64,000 nt of DNA from Sulfolobales archaeon HS-7 (GTDB lineage: Archaea > Thermoproteota > Thermoprotei_A > Sulfolobales > Sulfolobaceae), in NCBI GenBank assembly GCA_019704295.1, contig AP024596.1:1408001-1472000 (forward strand). The letters run 5' to 3'. A program made the position numbers and the translations under genes. The notes beneath the pieces are model-generated. The model did not search any database. It saw only the letters and a list, made by a program, of their open reading frames with translations, and was not told the origin of the DNA. How positions within the stretch are numbered: the stretch's first letter is position 1; every line of letters begins with the position of its first letter. Of the stretch, positions 44,909-55,715 are shown piece after piece.

Positions 44909-47900
44909 GTTTGTAGCTTTCCTATGAGGGCTTGAAACTAAGTACCGGCACCGATACTTTCACAGGATAGTATGGGTTTGTAGCTTTCCTATGAGGGCTT
45001 GAAACAGGTGTAGTGGTACTGTTGTACTCTGTGACCGTTATGTGTTTGTAGCTTTCCTATGAGGGCTTGAAACTGAAAGATGTGTGATATTGTAGAGGAG
45101 GATAGTCGGTTTGTAGCTTTCCTATGAGGGCTTGAAACATGTTCCTTGTCTAGAACGTAGTAAACTATATCGTTCGTTTGTAGCTTTCCTATGAGGGCTT
45201 GAAACCAGGAACGGGATTACTACTATTATTTTGAACAACAAGTTTGTAGCTTTCCTATGAGGGCTTGAAACTTTCAAATAGTTTCTTTATTATCTTCGGC
45301 TTATTTTCGTTTGTAGCTTTCCTATGAGGGCTTGAAACCGGTTTCAAGACATAGGATAATTATGAATATTATCGAATGTTTGTAGCTTTCCTATGAGGGC
45401 TTGAAACCCACATTACTGCTTTCTTCACTCAACTCTGCCAATAGTTTGTAGCTTTCCTATGAGGGCTTGAAACATTTTGCCCTCCCCCCTGGTACCTTCG
45501 GCAGCGTAAGTTTGTAGCTTTCCTATGAGGGCTTGAAACGGTTCATAAAGAAAAACGGAAAATTGGGGGCATTAAAGTTTGTAGCTTTCCTATGAGGGCT
45601 TGAAACTTCTATCACGATAGTCCTTATATTGTTCATCTGTAAGTTTGTAGCTTTCCTATGAGGGCTTGAAACAGTCCACAGTGTTCTTAGAAGTGCCTCT
45701 AACCCACGTTTGTAGCTTTCCTATGAGGGCTTGAAACAACTCTAAGTACTCATTCAATGGTAACTCTATTTCGGGTTTGTAGCTTTCCTATGAGGGCTTG
45801 AAACAGGTGAGAGGTACGAGTGATGTTCCGGACTGGGTCGGTTTGTAGCTTTCCTATGAGGGCTTGAAACTCACAAACCCCGCGTCCTTCCACAGATCTG
45901 CGTTCCACTGTTTGTAGCTTTCCTATGAGGGCTTGAAACGGTTAAGGGCGGTAGCCCTTATACAGCGAACGAATGGTTTGTAGCTTTCCTATGAGGGCTT
46001 GAAACTTTTTCCTAACAAGCCATGAGACCAAGTCCTCCTTGTTTGTAGCTTTCCTATGAGGGCTTGAAACAAAAAGTGAAAATTAAAATCTCTTTTATTG
46101 TGAAAAGTTTGTAGCTTTCCTATGAGGGCTTGAAACTAAATATAATGGATATCCTAAGTAGATGTTTTCATCAAGTTTGTAGCTTTCCTATGAGGGCTTG
46201 AAACCCAAAATAATACATGGGAATACTAGCATGGTGAAGGGTTTGTAGCTTTCCTATGAGGGCTTGAAACAATTTTCCAGGAGCCAGAACCAGCTCTGAA
46301 TATCTTGTTTGTAGCTTTCCTATGAGGGCTTGAAACAATTTTTCCGTAATCGTGAAGTTTTCACCCTGTACGGGGTTTGTAGCTTTCCTATGAGGGCTTG
46401 AAACCTATTTTGGGTCTCTGGGGAGGCTCTGCTGTTTCAAGGTTTGTAGCTTTCCTATGAGGGCTTGAAACTATATGAAACCAATTTCACGTTCATTTTC
46501 CTATAACCGTTTGTAGCTTTCCTATGAGGGCTTGAAACAAATTTTCTAAGTTTCACGAAACTGAGACAAATACAAAAGGTTTGTAGCTTTCCTATGAGGG
46601 CTTGAAACTAGATCTTCTTTAGTCCGTCAGCCTTACTATTTTTCGTTTGTAGCTTTCCTATGAGGGCTTGAAACTTCGCTATCGTGTGGATGTCTTTCGG
46701 CGTCGCCATGTGTTTGTAGCTTTCCTATGAGGGCTTGAAACTACCGTCCCTGTAGATACTCGTGAATGAATAGATCCAGTTTGTAGCTTTCCTATGAGGG
46801 CTTGAAACCTGGGGAGGCTGCCACACAATGAAACGTGTGAAATCGTTTGTAGCTTTCCTATGAGGGCTTGAAACCTGGGGAGGCTGCCACACAATGAAAC
46901 GTGTGAAATCGTTTGTAGCTTTCCTATGAGGGCTTGAAACTCTTCCTCCGAACTCTGAAGCGAATTGATTACTTCAGTTTGTAGCTTTCCTATGAGGGCT
47001 TGAAACTTCGCCGGGTCCCACCTCATCTTCAGCGATTTGAGGGTTTGTAGCTTTCCTATGAGGGCTTGAAACTAAAGTTACGTAAAAGCACGTAAAAGAC
47101 GTGTAACGTTTGTAGCTTTCCTATGAGGGCTTGAAACACTTTCAGAAAAGCATAAATATTTCCGATAACGTTTTGGTTTGTAGCTTTCCTATGAGGGCTT
47201 GAAACATTCGTTCAATTTCGGATACTAACTTCTCTCCTTCTGTTTGTAGCTTTCCTATGAGGGCTTGAAACGTGACATCTTTCAACCATCTGGAACGATC
47301 TCATCAGGTGGTTTGTAGCTTTCCTATGAGGGCTTGAAACTCATTTTCATCGAAAACAAAATACGCTTTCTTTTTCATTGTTTGTAGCTTTCCTATGAGG
47401 GCTTGAAACAACTAGGTGATGGAGTGAAGGAAAGGGATACGCTCTTGTTTGTAGCTTTCCTATGAGGGCTTGAAACAACGTTCAGCCTGCCACATTAGAT
47501 ATATAGCAGGAAATTGTTTGTAGCTTTCCTATGAGGGCTTGAAACCAAATCGGTGACTGATTTGGGTATATGACGCGATTCTGTTTGTAGCTTTCCTATG
47601 AGGGCTTGAAACTTACATATACCTTTCCAATGTAGTATTTTCTGTTCCAGTTTGTAGCTTTCCTATGAGGGCTTGAAACCTTTCGTTTTTCCCTAGTTGA
47701 CCGCACTCGAAATCGGTTTGTAGCTTTCCTATGAGGGCTTGAAACCATTCCGTTGTATAAGGGTCTGCCTAATCTCCTAAGAGCGTTTGTAGCTTTCCTA
47801 TGAGGGCTTGAAACCTAGAATTCTTTCCTCTATGTTGCCCCCTTCTTTTAGTTTGTAGCTTTCCTATGAGGGCTTGAAACTACATCCCGGGTAATGTGGG

Positions 47901-49547
47901 TTATCCCGGCAAAAATTAGTTTGTAGCTTTCCTATGAGGGCTTGAAACAAGTATGCCCTTATAATGTACGTTTCGCTATTCTCAGTTTGTAGCTTTCCTA
48001 TGAGGGCTTGAAACTTCCCGTTCAGGAAATCGCCCAGGGCTGTAAAATGGTTTGTAGCTTTCCTATGAGGGCTTGAAACCAGAACCAATTGGAGAGTGAG
48101 AATAATGAATGATATAGGTTTGTAGCTTTCCTATGAGGGCTTGAAACCAAATATTATCATATATTTCCCTGTATCCTTGTCAGTTTGTAGCTTTCCTATG
48201 AGGGCTTGAAACAATTTCACGGGAATTTTCATACCTAAACCGAACGGTTGTTTGTAGCTTTCCTATGAGGGCTTGAAACCTTCAGGTCAAAAATTGGGTG
48301 AATACCCGTTATGAGTTTGTAGCTTTCCTATGAGGGCTTGAAACCAGAACCAATTGGAGAGTGAGAATAATGAATGATATAGGTTTGTAGCTTTCCTATG
48401 AGGGCTTGAAACGTGGAGTTTTGGCAGTTATAGGTTTGGAATAGGTACTCCGTCTATGGGGTACCCTGGTGAACTTGAAACGTGGAGTTTTGGCAGTTAT
48501 AGGATTTTGGTATGACCGTTTGTAGCTTTCCTATGAGGGCTTGAAACCAGAACCAATTGGAGAGTGAGAATAATGAATGATATAGGTTTGTAGCTTTCCT
48601 ATGAGGGCTTGAAACCAAATATTATCATATATTTCCCTGTATCCTTGTCAGTTTGTAGCTTTCCTATGAGGGCTTGAAACAATTTCACGGGAATTTTCAT
48701 ACCTAAACCGAACGGTTGTTTGTAGCTTTCCTATGAGGGCTTGAAACCTTCAGGTCAAAAATTGGGTGAATACCCGTTATGAGTTTGTAGCTTTCCTATG
48801 AGGGCTTGAAACAAAAGTAGTCATATATTGATTGTCGGTCAAACCCATGTTTGTAGCTTTCCTATGAGGGCTTGAAACCCCGTACCCAGGTGTTGGGTTT
48901 TTGTTCAATCTCCTCGTTTGTAGCTTTCCTATGAGGGCTTGAAACAGATTAGCCCTAATCCTGCATGTCTGTTAGCGTGTGTTTGTAGCTTTCCTATGAG
49001 GGCTTGAAACCTACTGACACGAGAATGCAGAAGCTGGCTTTCCTGGGTTTGTAGCTTTCCTATGAGGGCTTGAAACCAGCACCAACAACTAACACGACTA
49101 TAGCAAGGACGAGTTTGTAGCTTTCCTATGAGGGCTTGAAACTCCATCCTCTTGTTATTAGTCCTTCTTTTGCCATTTCGCTGTTTGTAGCTTTCCTATG
49201 AGGGCTTGAAACACACGAATATAGTGGAGTTTACGGCACATGGGTATTTTGTTTGTAGCTTTCCTATGAGGGCTTGAAACCTAAAGGTGAACATGTATGC
49301 CACCGGGTGATGGATGTTTGTAGCTTTCCTATGAGGGCTTGAAACATCTGTCATTTCGCGATAAAAACGATAATAAAGTTAGTTTGTAGCTTTCCTATGA
49401 GGGCTTGAAACTTTCATCATACTGCAAAACTTTTCCTTCTTCTAACCTGTTTGTAGCTTTCCTATGAGGGCTTGAAACCTCTTCACTACTTCGATTAAAT
49501 GTGAATTTTTCACTTTTGTTTGTAGCTTTCCTATGAGGGCTTGAAAC
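44909..49547 (+). CRISPR. CRISPR array 2: ~70 30-bp repeats GTTTGTAGCTTTCCTATGAGGGCTTGAAAC
   Basis: Regular ~66-bp period; includes duplicated spacers and one anomalous 105-bp unit. Confidence 0.98.
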
Positions 49548-49579
49548 ATTTTATTTTCCAAAAAATAATAGGTGGGAAT

Positions 49580-49780
49580 ATGAGTAGAGAGTCTGGATGG
49601 TACGTTCGTTATTTTTTGTACGTAATTTTGCCTGGTCTATTTGTCATAGGTTTGTGGTTTTTCATTTTTGGTAATATTTTACATAATGAATCATTAGCTA
49701 ATAGTTTTCTTGTTTTTATTGTGGTCTCCTTAGTTAGTAGCACTATGTATTATTTTTATCGAAAAAGACATTTATTATAG
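49580..49780 (+). CDS. Small 2-TM membrane protein (66 aa)
   Basis: ATG at 49580 preceded by SD-like AGGTGG; two hydrophobic helices and a basic tail. Confidence 0.6.
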   Translation: MSRESGWYVRYFLYVILPGLFVIGLWFFIFGNILHNESLANSFLVFIVVSLVSSTMYYFYRKRHLL

Positions 49781-49899
49781 TTAATAGTAATGACAATGAT
49801 AAGAGTAGAGAAATTACTTTTAGACCTACAGAGAGAGCCCCCGTTAGATGAGCAAAGGGAATCTCAGGAGTCAGCTGCGAATTCAATTTATTTCCCTAA

Positions 49900-51030
49900 A
49901 AATAGATAAAAGAAATCGACTCTACATTTCGAGTAGTACTAACAGGGGACGAGGGTAAGGTAATATCATAGAAATGCTAACTGTGAACGAGGTAACCCTC
50001 CACGTCAGAATAAGGAAGTTCGTAGAGGGACAGAGCTTAACCACTACACTGGACCCTAAGATATTACTTGACGGCACGTTACTAAATAAATCGGTACAGG
50101 ACATCTAGAGGATAACTCAGGAGCAAGCCGAGAGGGTGAGTCCAAATTAAGAGGGTAAGGAAGTCAAGAGGCAGTACTACGCGAGGTACAGGTACCTCAG
50201 GGGTTCAAGATCATGATGGGAGGAAAGTAGGATTTGGAGTGGATTTTGGCGGAGTTGTACGTATTTTAAGGTGAGGAGAGGATGAGGACGTAGGTTGAGG
50301 AGACTATGGGGCAGAAGAAAGAGATTCTCGCCTTGACAGCGTCTACTCGGTGAAGGGAGGTAAGTTTAACGTCAGGCTCTGGATGCTTGAAACCTGCGTG
50401 ACTTCAAGTATGTGATAGTCGACTTGATATACGTAAAGCTTAAGGGAGTAGGTACTTAGCCTCTAACAATCTGAAGCATAACAAATACTATAGTCTCTGC
50501 CACCGTAAGAGGCCCTACATGTCTGGCCTCTAATAAAGGGTTTACAAGTTGGTATTTAGACAGCTTAAACAGTGGGTGGCTAACACATACGCCAAGGGCT
50601 GGATTTGTGTGTAGCTATCCCCAAGGGCTTTAAGCATGAGATCTCTCCAACCCAAGGCGCTACACCCTTCGCCTTAACACAGCTATGGGAACAGCGAGTT
50701 CGGAACGCTAACTATATCAACATCTCATGGATCGCTATGTTCATCCCTATACTACGTTCTCCCCCTGGAAGTACTCTTGAGGGATTACATCAGTTTATAG
50801 CACCCTTTGAGGGATTGTGACTTCACCGTTCCCTATCCTGTCTCGGCCCCGTTGGACTGTTCACGCGTTCATTCCAAACTCAGTTTAATTAGCAAAATAG
50901 AATGAATTTAACTGAATGTAATCGTATTTACAAGGGAATTCCCAGTTAACAATTTCCTTTATTTAATCTCCATTTGCCAAAACTACAATCCAAGCACAAC
51001 CTGAACTCCTACAGCGTAAATCGCCACCCA
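49900..51030. mobile_element. Degraded transposase/IS and dispersed-repeat debris
   Basis: GC-rich, stop-ridden coding-like text (YVIVD.., RLWGQ..); 50630-50700 resembles the reverse complement of 21110-21170 and 40775-40820; family not resolved. Confidence 0.45.
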
Positions 51031-51177
51031 GTCATTCATTTCAATGAATTAAACATTTATTGAATTAACTGAATCTGCAATGGGGTATGGTGCCCTATTT
51101 AGTTTTCTTGTAAATAGTGCCTACGGTGAAAATGATCAGCACTCCCTAAAAACTGCACTACCCATCAGTATCATGAC

Positions 51178-52092
51178 CTACTCGCCTTCATCAAATTGCA
51201 ATAGCGAACCCCATCCTAGCTTGCTTAGTTCCCCTAATTTCCTCTTTGCGTTAACCTTAAGAATAGCCCCAGGTAAAATCGCAGGATACATAGGTCTTCT
51301 GGCCCCGACCGACATGCTAAACCCCGTTCCTATTACCCCCAGCTTACCGCTCATCAGAATATCCTTTACTTCTACGTCGTCCACCTTAAGTTTAAGTACG
51401 TCGTCCAGTGATGTTATTCTCACGTTATCCGTTAAGGGAATAAGTGCGGGGGAAACCAGAACGGACTTACCTCCCCCCTTATTCAGGGAAAGAGATACCT
51501 CACTTACCTTTGCGACTCTTCCTTCCCCGCCTATCTCGATCACGCCGTCAAAACTAATGGGCATCTCCAGGTATATTCCCCACGTTTCCACCTCTTTGAA
51601 GTTCCTTATTACCGTAGCGTTTAGGTCCTCTAATTTCGAGCTGTAAAGCATATGTTCCTTAGAGCTTCCCCTACCCAAGTCCCTACCTATCCCTATCCTG
51701 TTGATCTCGGCAGGTTCTATTTTGATGGGGTTACCGTCCTCGTCTCTAGCCAACACTACTCTATCTTCCCTCTTTTCCAGCAACAGGAGCTTCCCCGGGA
51801 AATCGTGAACCATTATGAACTCACCCTTTTGCGTTTCCCTCTTCGCGTACACCCCCTTCACGTAGATCACAGGTCCCCACACGTCAACGAAGGTCTTCTC
51901 GAATTCTTGGATCTCGTTTTGCGGCGTCAGGGTTTTAATCCCCACGTACTTCCTGTAAATTGCGCCTAACACTGTGCTCACTAGGGGAAGAGGTTCCGAA
52001 ATCCCCTTATTCATGGGTCCGCTGAAGTTGGGAGAGTATTCCCCGTACCACCTGAAGAACACGGGTTCTATAGGCCTTATGAGCAGTCCCAT
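51178..52092 (-). CDS. cmr3: CRISPR type III-B Cas5-group subunit Cmr3
   Basis: N-terminal IRPIEPVFFR, PLxSTVLGA, IGGEGR, C-terminal LGWG; follows cas10. Confidence 0.92.
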   Translation of the reverse strand: MGLLIRPIEPVFFRWYGEYSPNFSGPMNKGISEPLPLVSTVLGAIYRKYVGIKTLTPQNEIQEFEKTFVDVWGPVIYVKGVYAKRETQKGEFIMVHDFPGKLLLLEKREDRVVLARDEDGNPIKIEPAEINRIGIGRDLGRGSSKEHMLYSSKLEDLNATVIRNFKEVETWGIYLEMPISFDGVIEIGGEGRVAKVSEVSLSLNKGGGKSVLVSPALIPLTDNVRITSLDDVLKLKVDDVEVKDILMSGKLGVIGTGFSMSVGARRPMYPAILPGAILKVNAKRKLGELSKLGWGSLLQFDEGE

Positions 52093-52095
52093 CCC

Positions 52096-54855
52096 TTACA
52101 CCTCCAATTGCTTAATGGCCTTGATGACCTCCGTTCTCTGATCCCTTTCCATTTGTCTTTTGTTTCGGTTTACGGGGTGATGATTGATGACCTCCGTTCT
52201 CTGATCCTCTTTTTTAGGGGAGGAGTTTGAAAAATCCATATCACGGCTCGCATCCTTTCTCTGATCCCATTTCTCCCCCTTCATCGTTATCGTCAGGTCC
52301 AGGGATACCAAATCCTGGTAAAGTCCCCTCAACTTAAGGTGAGGATCTCCGTTCCTTCGGAAAAGGTGAGCTATAGCGTCTTCAGGGAACTCCCTTATGA
52401 CCGTCACGTCAGTGGTTAACCAATCCTGTATAAAGCTAGACGTCAACTTCTTTTCCCTTCTCAGGGAGTCTAGGACGTCAAGGACTCTCAAGGAGAGCTT
52501 ACCGCCCTCCACCAGCGGATAGTTGTAGAGAATGGCCGCTTCCTCCCATTCAATTGCCCCCCTTCCCCTCAGCACCACAGTTACGTCCTTAGGTGAGCGA
52601 GTCTCCGAATTGATTTTGATTTCCAGGAAATCCTTTGTTTCCTCCAGGGAATGCGCAATTTCCCAAAGGTTATAGACTGCGTCCTTGTAGTGAGCTATGA
52701 GAACGCCGTAACTCCTACCGTATAAGGACAAAGCGTCCACTACCATCTCGTTAAATACGTGAAAACCTACGGGGGAACCCCAGTAGTTAGTCCTGGTTTC
52801 CTTAACTAGGTCGAGGGCTTCCTCAACGGGGGTAAGGAACATTACGTCGTCACCTCCAGCGAACACCAGAAATCCCTTTTTGCTTACTGTGGACGCGTCC
52901 TTCACCGCACTCAAGGCCAGAGCTCGAGAGATGGCTATGAGATATATTCCAGTCACCGGGATAACAGCACTCCTCTCTCCCTTGATGAAGTCGTCAGGAC
53001 CTAGGGAGAGATGTTTCATGAGGGATAACAGAGAGTTAAGCCTCCTTTCAATTTCCTCAGTAACACTCCCTCTCGTTTTCTCAATGTACACCTTTAGGGT
53101 CATTTCAATGCCTCCTCTCCAGACCTTCTTTCCTATGAAGTCCCCGTCCCCTCTCACTATAGCGTAGTATATTTTGATCTTCTTGGGTAATTCTCTCAAG
53201 AAATCATCGTCGTTTACGTTGCTGAATAACTCCTTGGCCTTTTTCGGTTCCCTGAGTATCGAGATAAAGGGCCTCTCCTCCCCAATGTAGAACAGGTAGC
53301 CCACGTCTTCGTATTCCTTAAGCGGTTTGGGAAGAGGTATCTTAACGTTGTCCTTTATTCCTACCTTACTCAAGACCTCCCTCCACAGGCTTAGGTTGGC
53401 TATATCTATCGTGGAGGGTATTACCTCAAAATCTTCCTCTACGTAGAAGCCCAATTCCTCCAATAGCTTCCTTTTATTGCTTTTCCCTAAAACCCTCTTA
53501 ATGTAGCAGTAAGCACAGAGCTCCTCCCTTTCGTCAAGGTTCTTATCCTCACCCCCATGTACGACTGAGGGTAGGATACCGCAAGACGTACACAGCGCGT
53601 ATTTTCCTCCTTCTTTAAAAAGGGCGTGCGTGTTCTTCCCAGCTTCCAACGCGTACGTTACACCGTAAAGTACTTTGACCGGGCTTTCCTTATTTACCTC
53701 TTTAATTAACCACTCCAAGAAGAGGGAATTAGATGGCTCAACTAAATCTGAACTCCCGCTCGTAAAACTCCCTACAGCCTCTCTGAAATCCTTAAACGCG
53801 TTATTCACGTCAATGACCTCAACCTTTATGGGCATTATGGGGAAATCCCTGATCCTCTCTCTAACGTCCGAATTGATGCACTTATCCACAAGAGTCTTCC
53901 AGGCGTTGCTGTAATTCTCCGTAATTTCCCTCTTAACGTCATCAGCCTTTTCGTAAACAGGAGGTAGTGCCAGCAGAATGGTTGCGGGCATTACGGGTTG
54001 GTATGGGGTGAGAATTTCGGAGGAGAAAAGGTTTCTGTACTTTTTCGCAACGTCCTTGGGAACTCCCTCCTCCATTTTCTTAATTACGGAGGAGATTAGG
54101 AACGGGTTAAGGCCTATGAAAGGCGAAATCATGATGTCAGCACCGTACTTGAAGATCAGGGGTTCAACCGTTCTGTATGCCAGGAAGGAGAGGGTCCAAC
54201 TGCCAGCCCACAGATCTGAGGCCCTTCTGGCCTTGCTTATCACCTGCTGAATGCCCGGTATGTCCACCTTAACTAGGTAGCCCTTGGGTTCATCCCCGTC
54301 AAGGAACCAATTTGAAAGAGTCGCCGTGCTGTAGAGGAGATCGAATAATGAGTAAGTGGGTGACCTTGGGTCGGCTACGGGAATTCCCTTAGGGTTATGC
54401 GAGTACCAAAGAAGTTCTAGAGACGTGTAAAGAGCGTTGTACCTGATCACGTCGTTCTCTATGCCTAGATATAGGTTTAAGGCGTCCTCGACGAAGCCAG
54501 GTACGTCCCTAGGTTCCTGTATATCGTACTTGTACAGGGGATTAAACATATTGAGTTTATACCTAGGGACTTGAACTTCCGCCTGGGGCGTCAAGAACTC
54601 ATCAGCGGACGTGGAGAATAGCCTAGCTACGTTCACTGTCCTCTCCAGTTTTGCAACGTCCGCCTTCCCTATGACCTTAGCTAGGGCGTATCCCTCAGAC
54701 TTCCCCAGCTCTCCCAAATCCTCATACGCGCTGCCAAGCCCCATCTTCGTCAAAACGTCTTTCACTATCCTCCTTTCCTCAATCCCCTTCAACCAAGGCC
54801 TCCACGGGGGTTCGTGAAGAAGCGCCAGGAACTTAACCTTTATTTCATTTACCAT
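52096..54855 (-). CDS. cmr2: Cas10/Cmr2 large subunit; GGDD intact, HD domain degenerate
   Basis: IQQVISKARRASDLWAGS Palm1 motif, CxxC..CxxC Zn site, RGDGDFIG, FAGGDDV; N-terminal LLHEPPW. Confidence 0.95.
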   Translation of the reverse strand: MVNEIKVKFLALLHEPPWRPWLKGIEERRIVKDVLTKMGLGSAYEDLGELGKSEGYALAKVIGKADVAKLERTVNVARLFSTSADEFLTPQAEVQVPRYKLNMFNPLYKYDIQEPRDVPGFVEDALNLYLGIENDVIRYNALYTSLELLWYSHNPKGIPVADPRSPTYSLFDLLYSTATLSNWFLDGDEPKGYLVKVDIPGIQQVISKARRASDLWAGSWTLSFLAYRTVEPLIFKYGADIMISPFIGLNPFLISSVIKKMEEGVPKDVAKKYRNLFSSEILTPYQPVMPATILLALPPVYEKADDVKREITENYSNAWKTLVDKCINSDVRERIRDFPIMPIKVEVIDVNNAFKDFREAVGSFTSGSSDLVEPSNSLFLEWLIKEVNKESPVKVLYGVTYALEAGKNTHALFKEGGKYALCTSCGILPSVVHGGEDKNLDEREELCAYCYIKRVLGKSNKRKLLEELGFYVEEDFEVIPSTIDIANLSLWREVLSKVGIKDNVKIPLPKPLKEYEDVGYLFYIGEERPFISILREPKKAKELFSNVNDDDFLRELPKKIKIYYAIVRGDGDFIGKKVWRGGIEMTLKVYIEKTRGSVTEEIERRLNSLLSLMKHLSLGPDDFIKGERSAVIPVTGIYLIAISRALALSAVKDASTVSKKGFLVFAGGDDVMFLTPVEEALDLVKETRTNYWGSPVGFHVFNEMVVDALSLYGRSYGVLIAHYKDAVYNLWEIAHSLEETKDFLEIKINSETRSPKDVTVVLRGRGAIEWEEAAILYNYPLVEGGKLSLRVLDVLDSLRREKKLTSSFIQDWLTTDVTVIREFPEDAIAHLFRRNGDPHLKLRGLYQDLVSLDLTITMKGEKWDQRKDASRDMDFSNSSPKKEDQRTEVINHHPVNRNKRQMERDQRTEVIKAIKQLEV

Positions 54856-55715
54856 AGTTTCACCCTGGATACCTCAATGTCCGCCCTTCCGTATCCCTTG
54901 CTTGTCCTACTGCCGATTCCCCTAGATAGGGAGTAAGTTAGCAGTAGAAAGGCCAGCTCTGCGGGTTTTTTAAGGTCGTAGTTGAAGACTGTTTTAGAAT
55001 ACCACTTTGCCTCCTCAGTAGGTTTCATCCCTATTATGAATCTAAACTTTACACCCCTCTTTACTGACAAACTGGTGATAGGATTTGGCACGACCTGCCA
55101 TTCGCTCTTCACCACTCTCCCATTACTGTAATAGTGTGGATTCACGATATCTCCCTCGAATAACTCCCCCTCACTCAACTCCACCGGATAAGCGTTTGAA
55201 ACTACGATTTCACCGACTTTACTCTGACTTTTTAGATCTTCTACTTTAAGGTACTCGAGGTCCTCCTTGTCGATAACGTCACCTGAGCCGAAGACTTTTA
55301 GTACGGATTCGACGCACCTTTTCCTCTCATTAACTTTCCTGCACAACTCTAATGCGTATGACCTCATGACTCCCTTAAGTGAGGAACCTGGTACAAAGGG
55401 CAAGTCCAGGACTGAGTCCCAGTGCATCCCGACCTCGGTGACGAGCTGAAGGAATCCCGACGCCGAACCGGTTAAAAGTCTAGATGTCAACACAGCTATT
55501 ACGTCACACCCGCTTAGCTTGAGGCCCTTAAAGGCAGTAACTACCTCGTCAAGGTAACTCCTGGCCAATTCCACGTTATTCTGGAAGTCGAAATCAAGCC
55601 CCTCATTAACTACCGTCTCCTTGATCTCTTTTCTCATGTCCTCCTTGCCAAGAGAACCCTTATACTTTTCCTTCACGGCAGATATTGAGGTAAGCATGAA
55701 GTTCCTTCCTTTCAT
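54849..55715 (-). CDS. cmr6: CRISPR type III-B RAMP Cmr6
   Basis: PFVPGSSLKG, DIVNPHY, PNPI, GIGSRTSKGYG. Confidence 0.95.
   Translation of the reverse strand: MKGRNFMLTSISAVKEKYKGSLGKEDMRKEIKETVVNEGLDFDFQNNVELARSYLDEVVTAFKGLKLSGCDVIAVLTSRLLTGSASGFLQLVTEVGMHWDSVLDLPFVPGSSLKGVMRSYALELCRKVNERKRCVESVLKVFGSGDVIDKEDLEYLKVEDLKSQSKVGEIVVSNAYPVELSEGELFEGDIVNPHYYSNGRVVKSEWQVVPNPITSLSVKRGVKFRFIIGMKPTEEAKWYSKTVFNYDLKKPAELAFLLLTYSLSRGIGSRTSKGYGRADIEVSRVKLW

Noticed and set aside
37642-49547. Self-targeting spacers
   Set aside because: No spacer match to the rest of the window was seen by eye; a proper alignment is needed to exclude it.
49541-49579. ORF-track start of the small membrane protein
   Set aside because: The TTG lies inside the last CRISPR repeat; the SD-preceded ATG at 49580 is more plausible.
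50590-50870. Possible TnpB/omegaRNA remnant
   Set aside because: The dispersed similarity is real, but no RuvC or Zn-finger motif could be read, so the family cannot be assigned.
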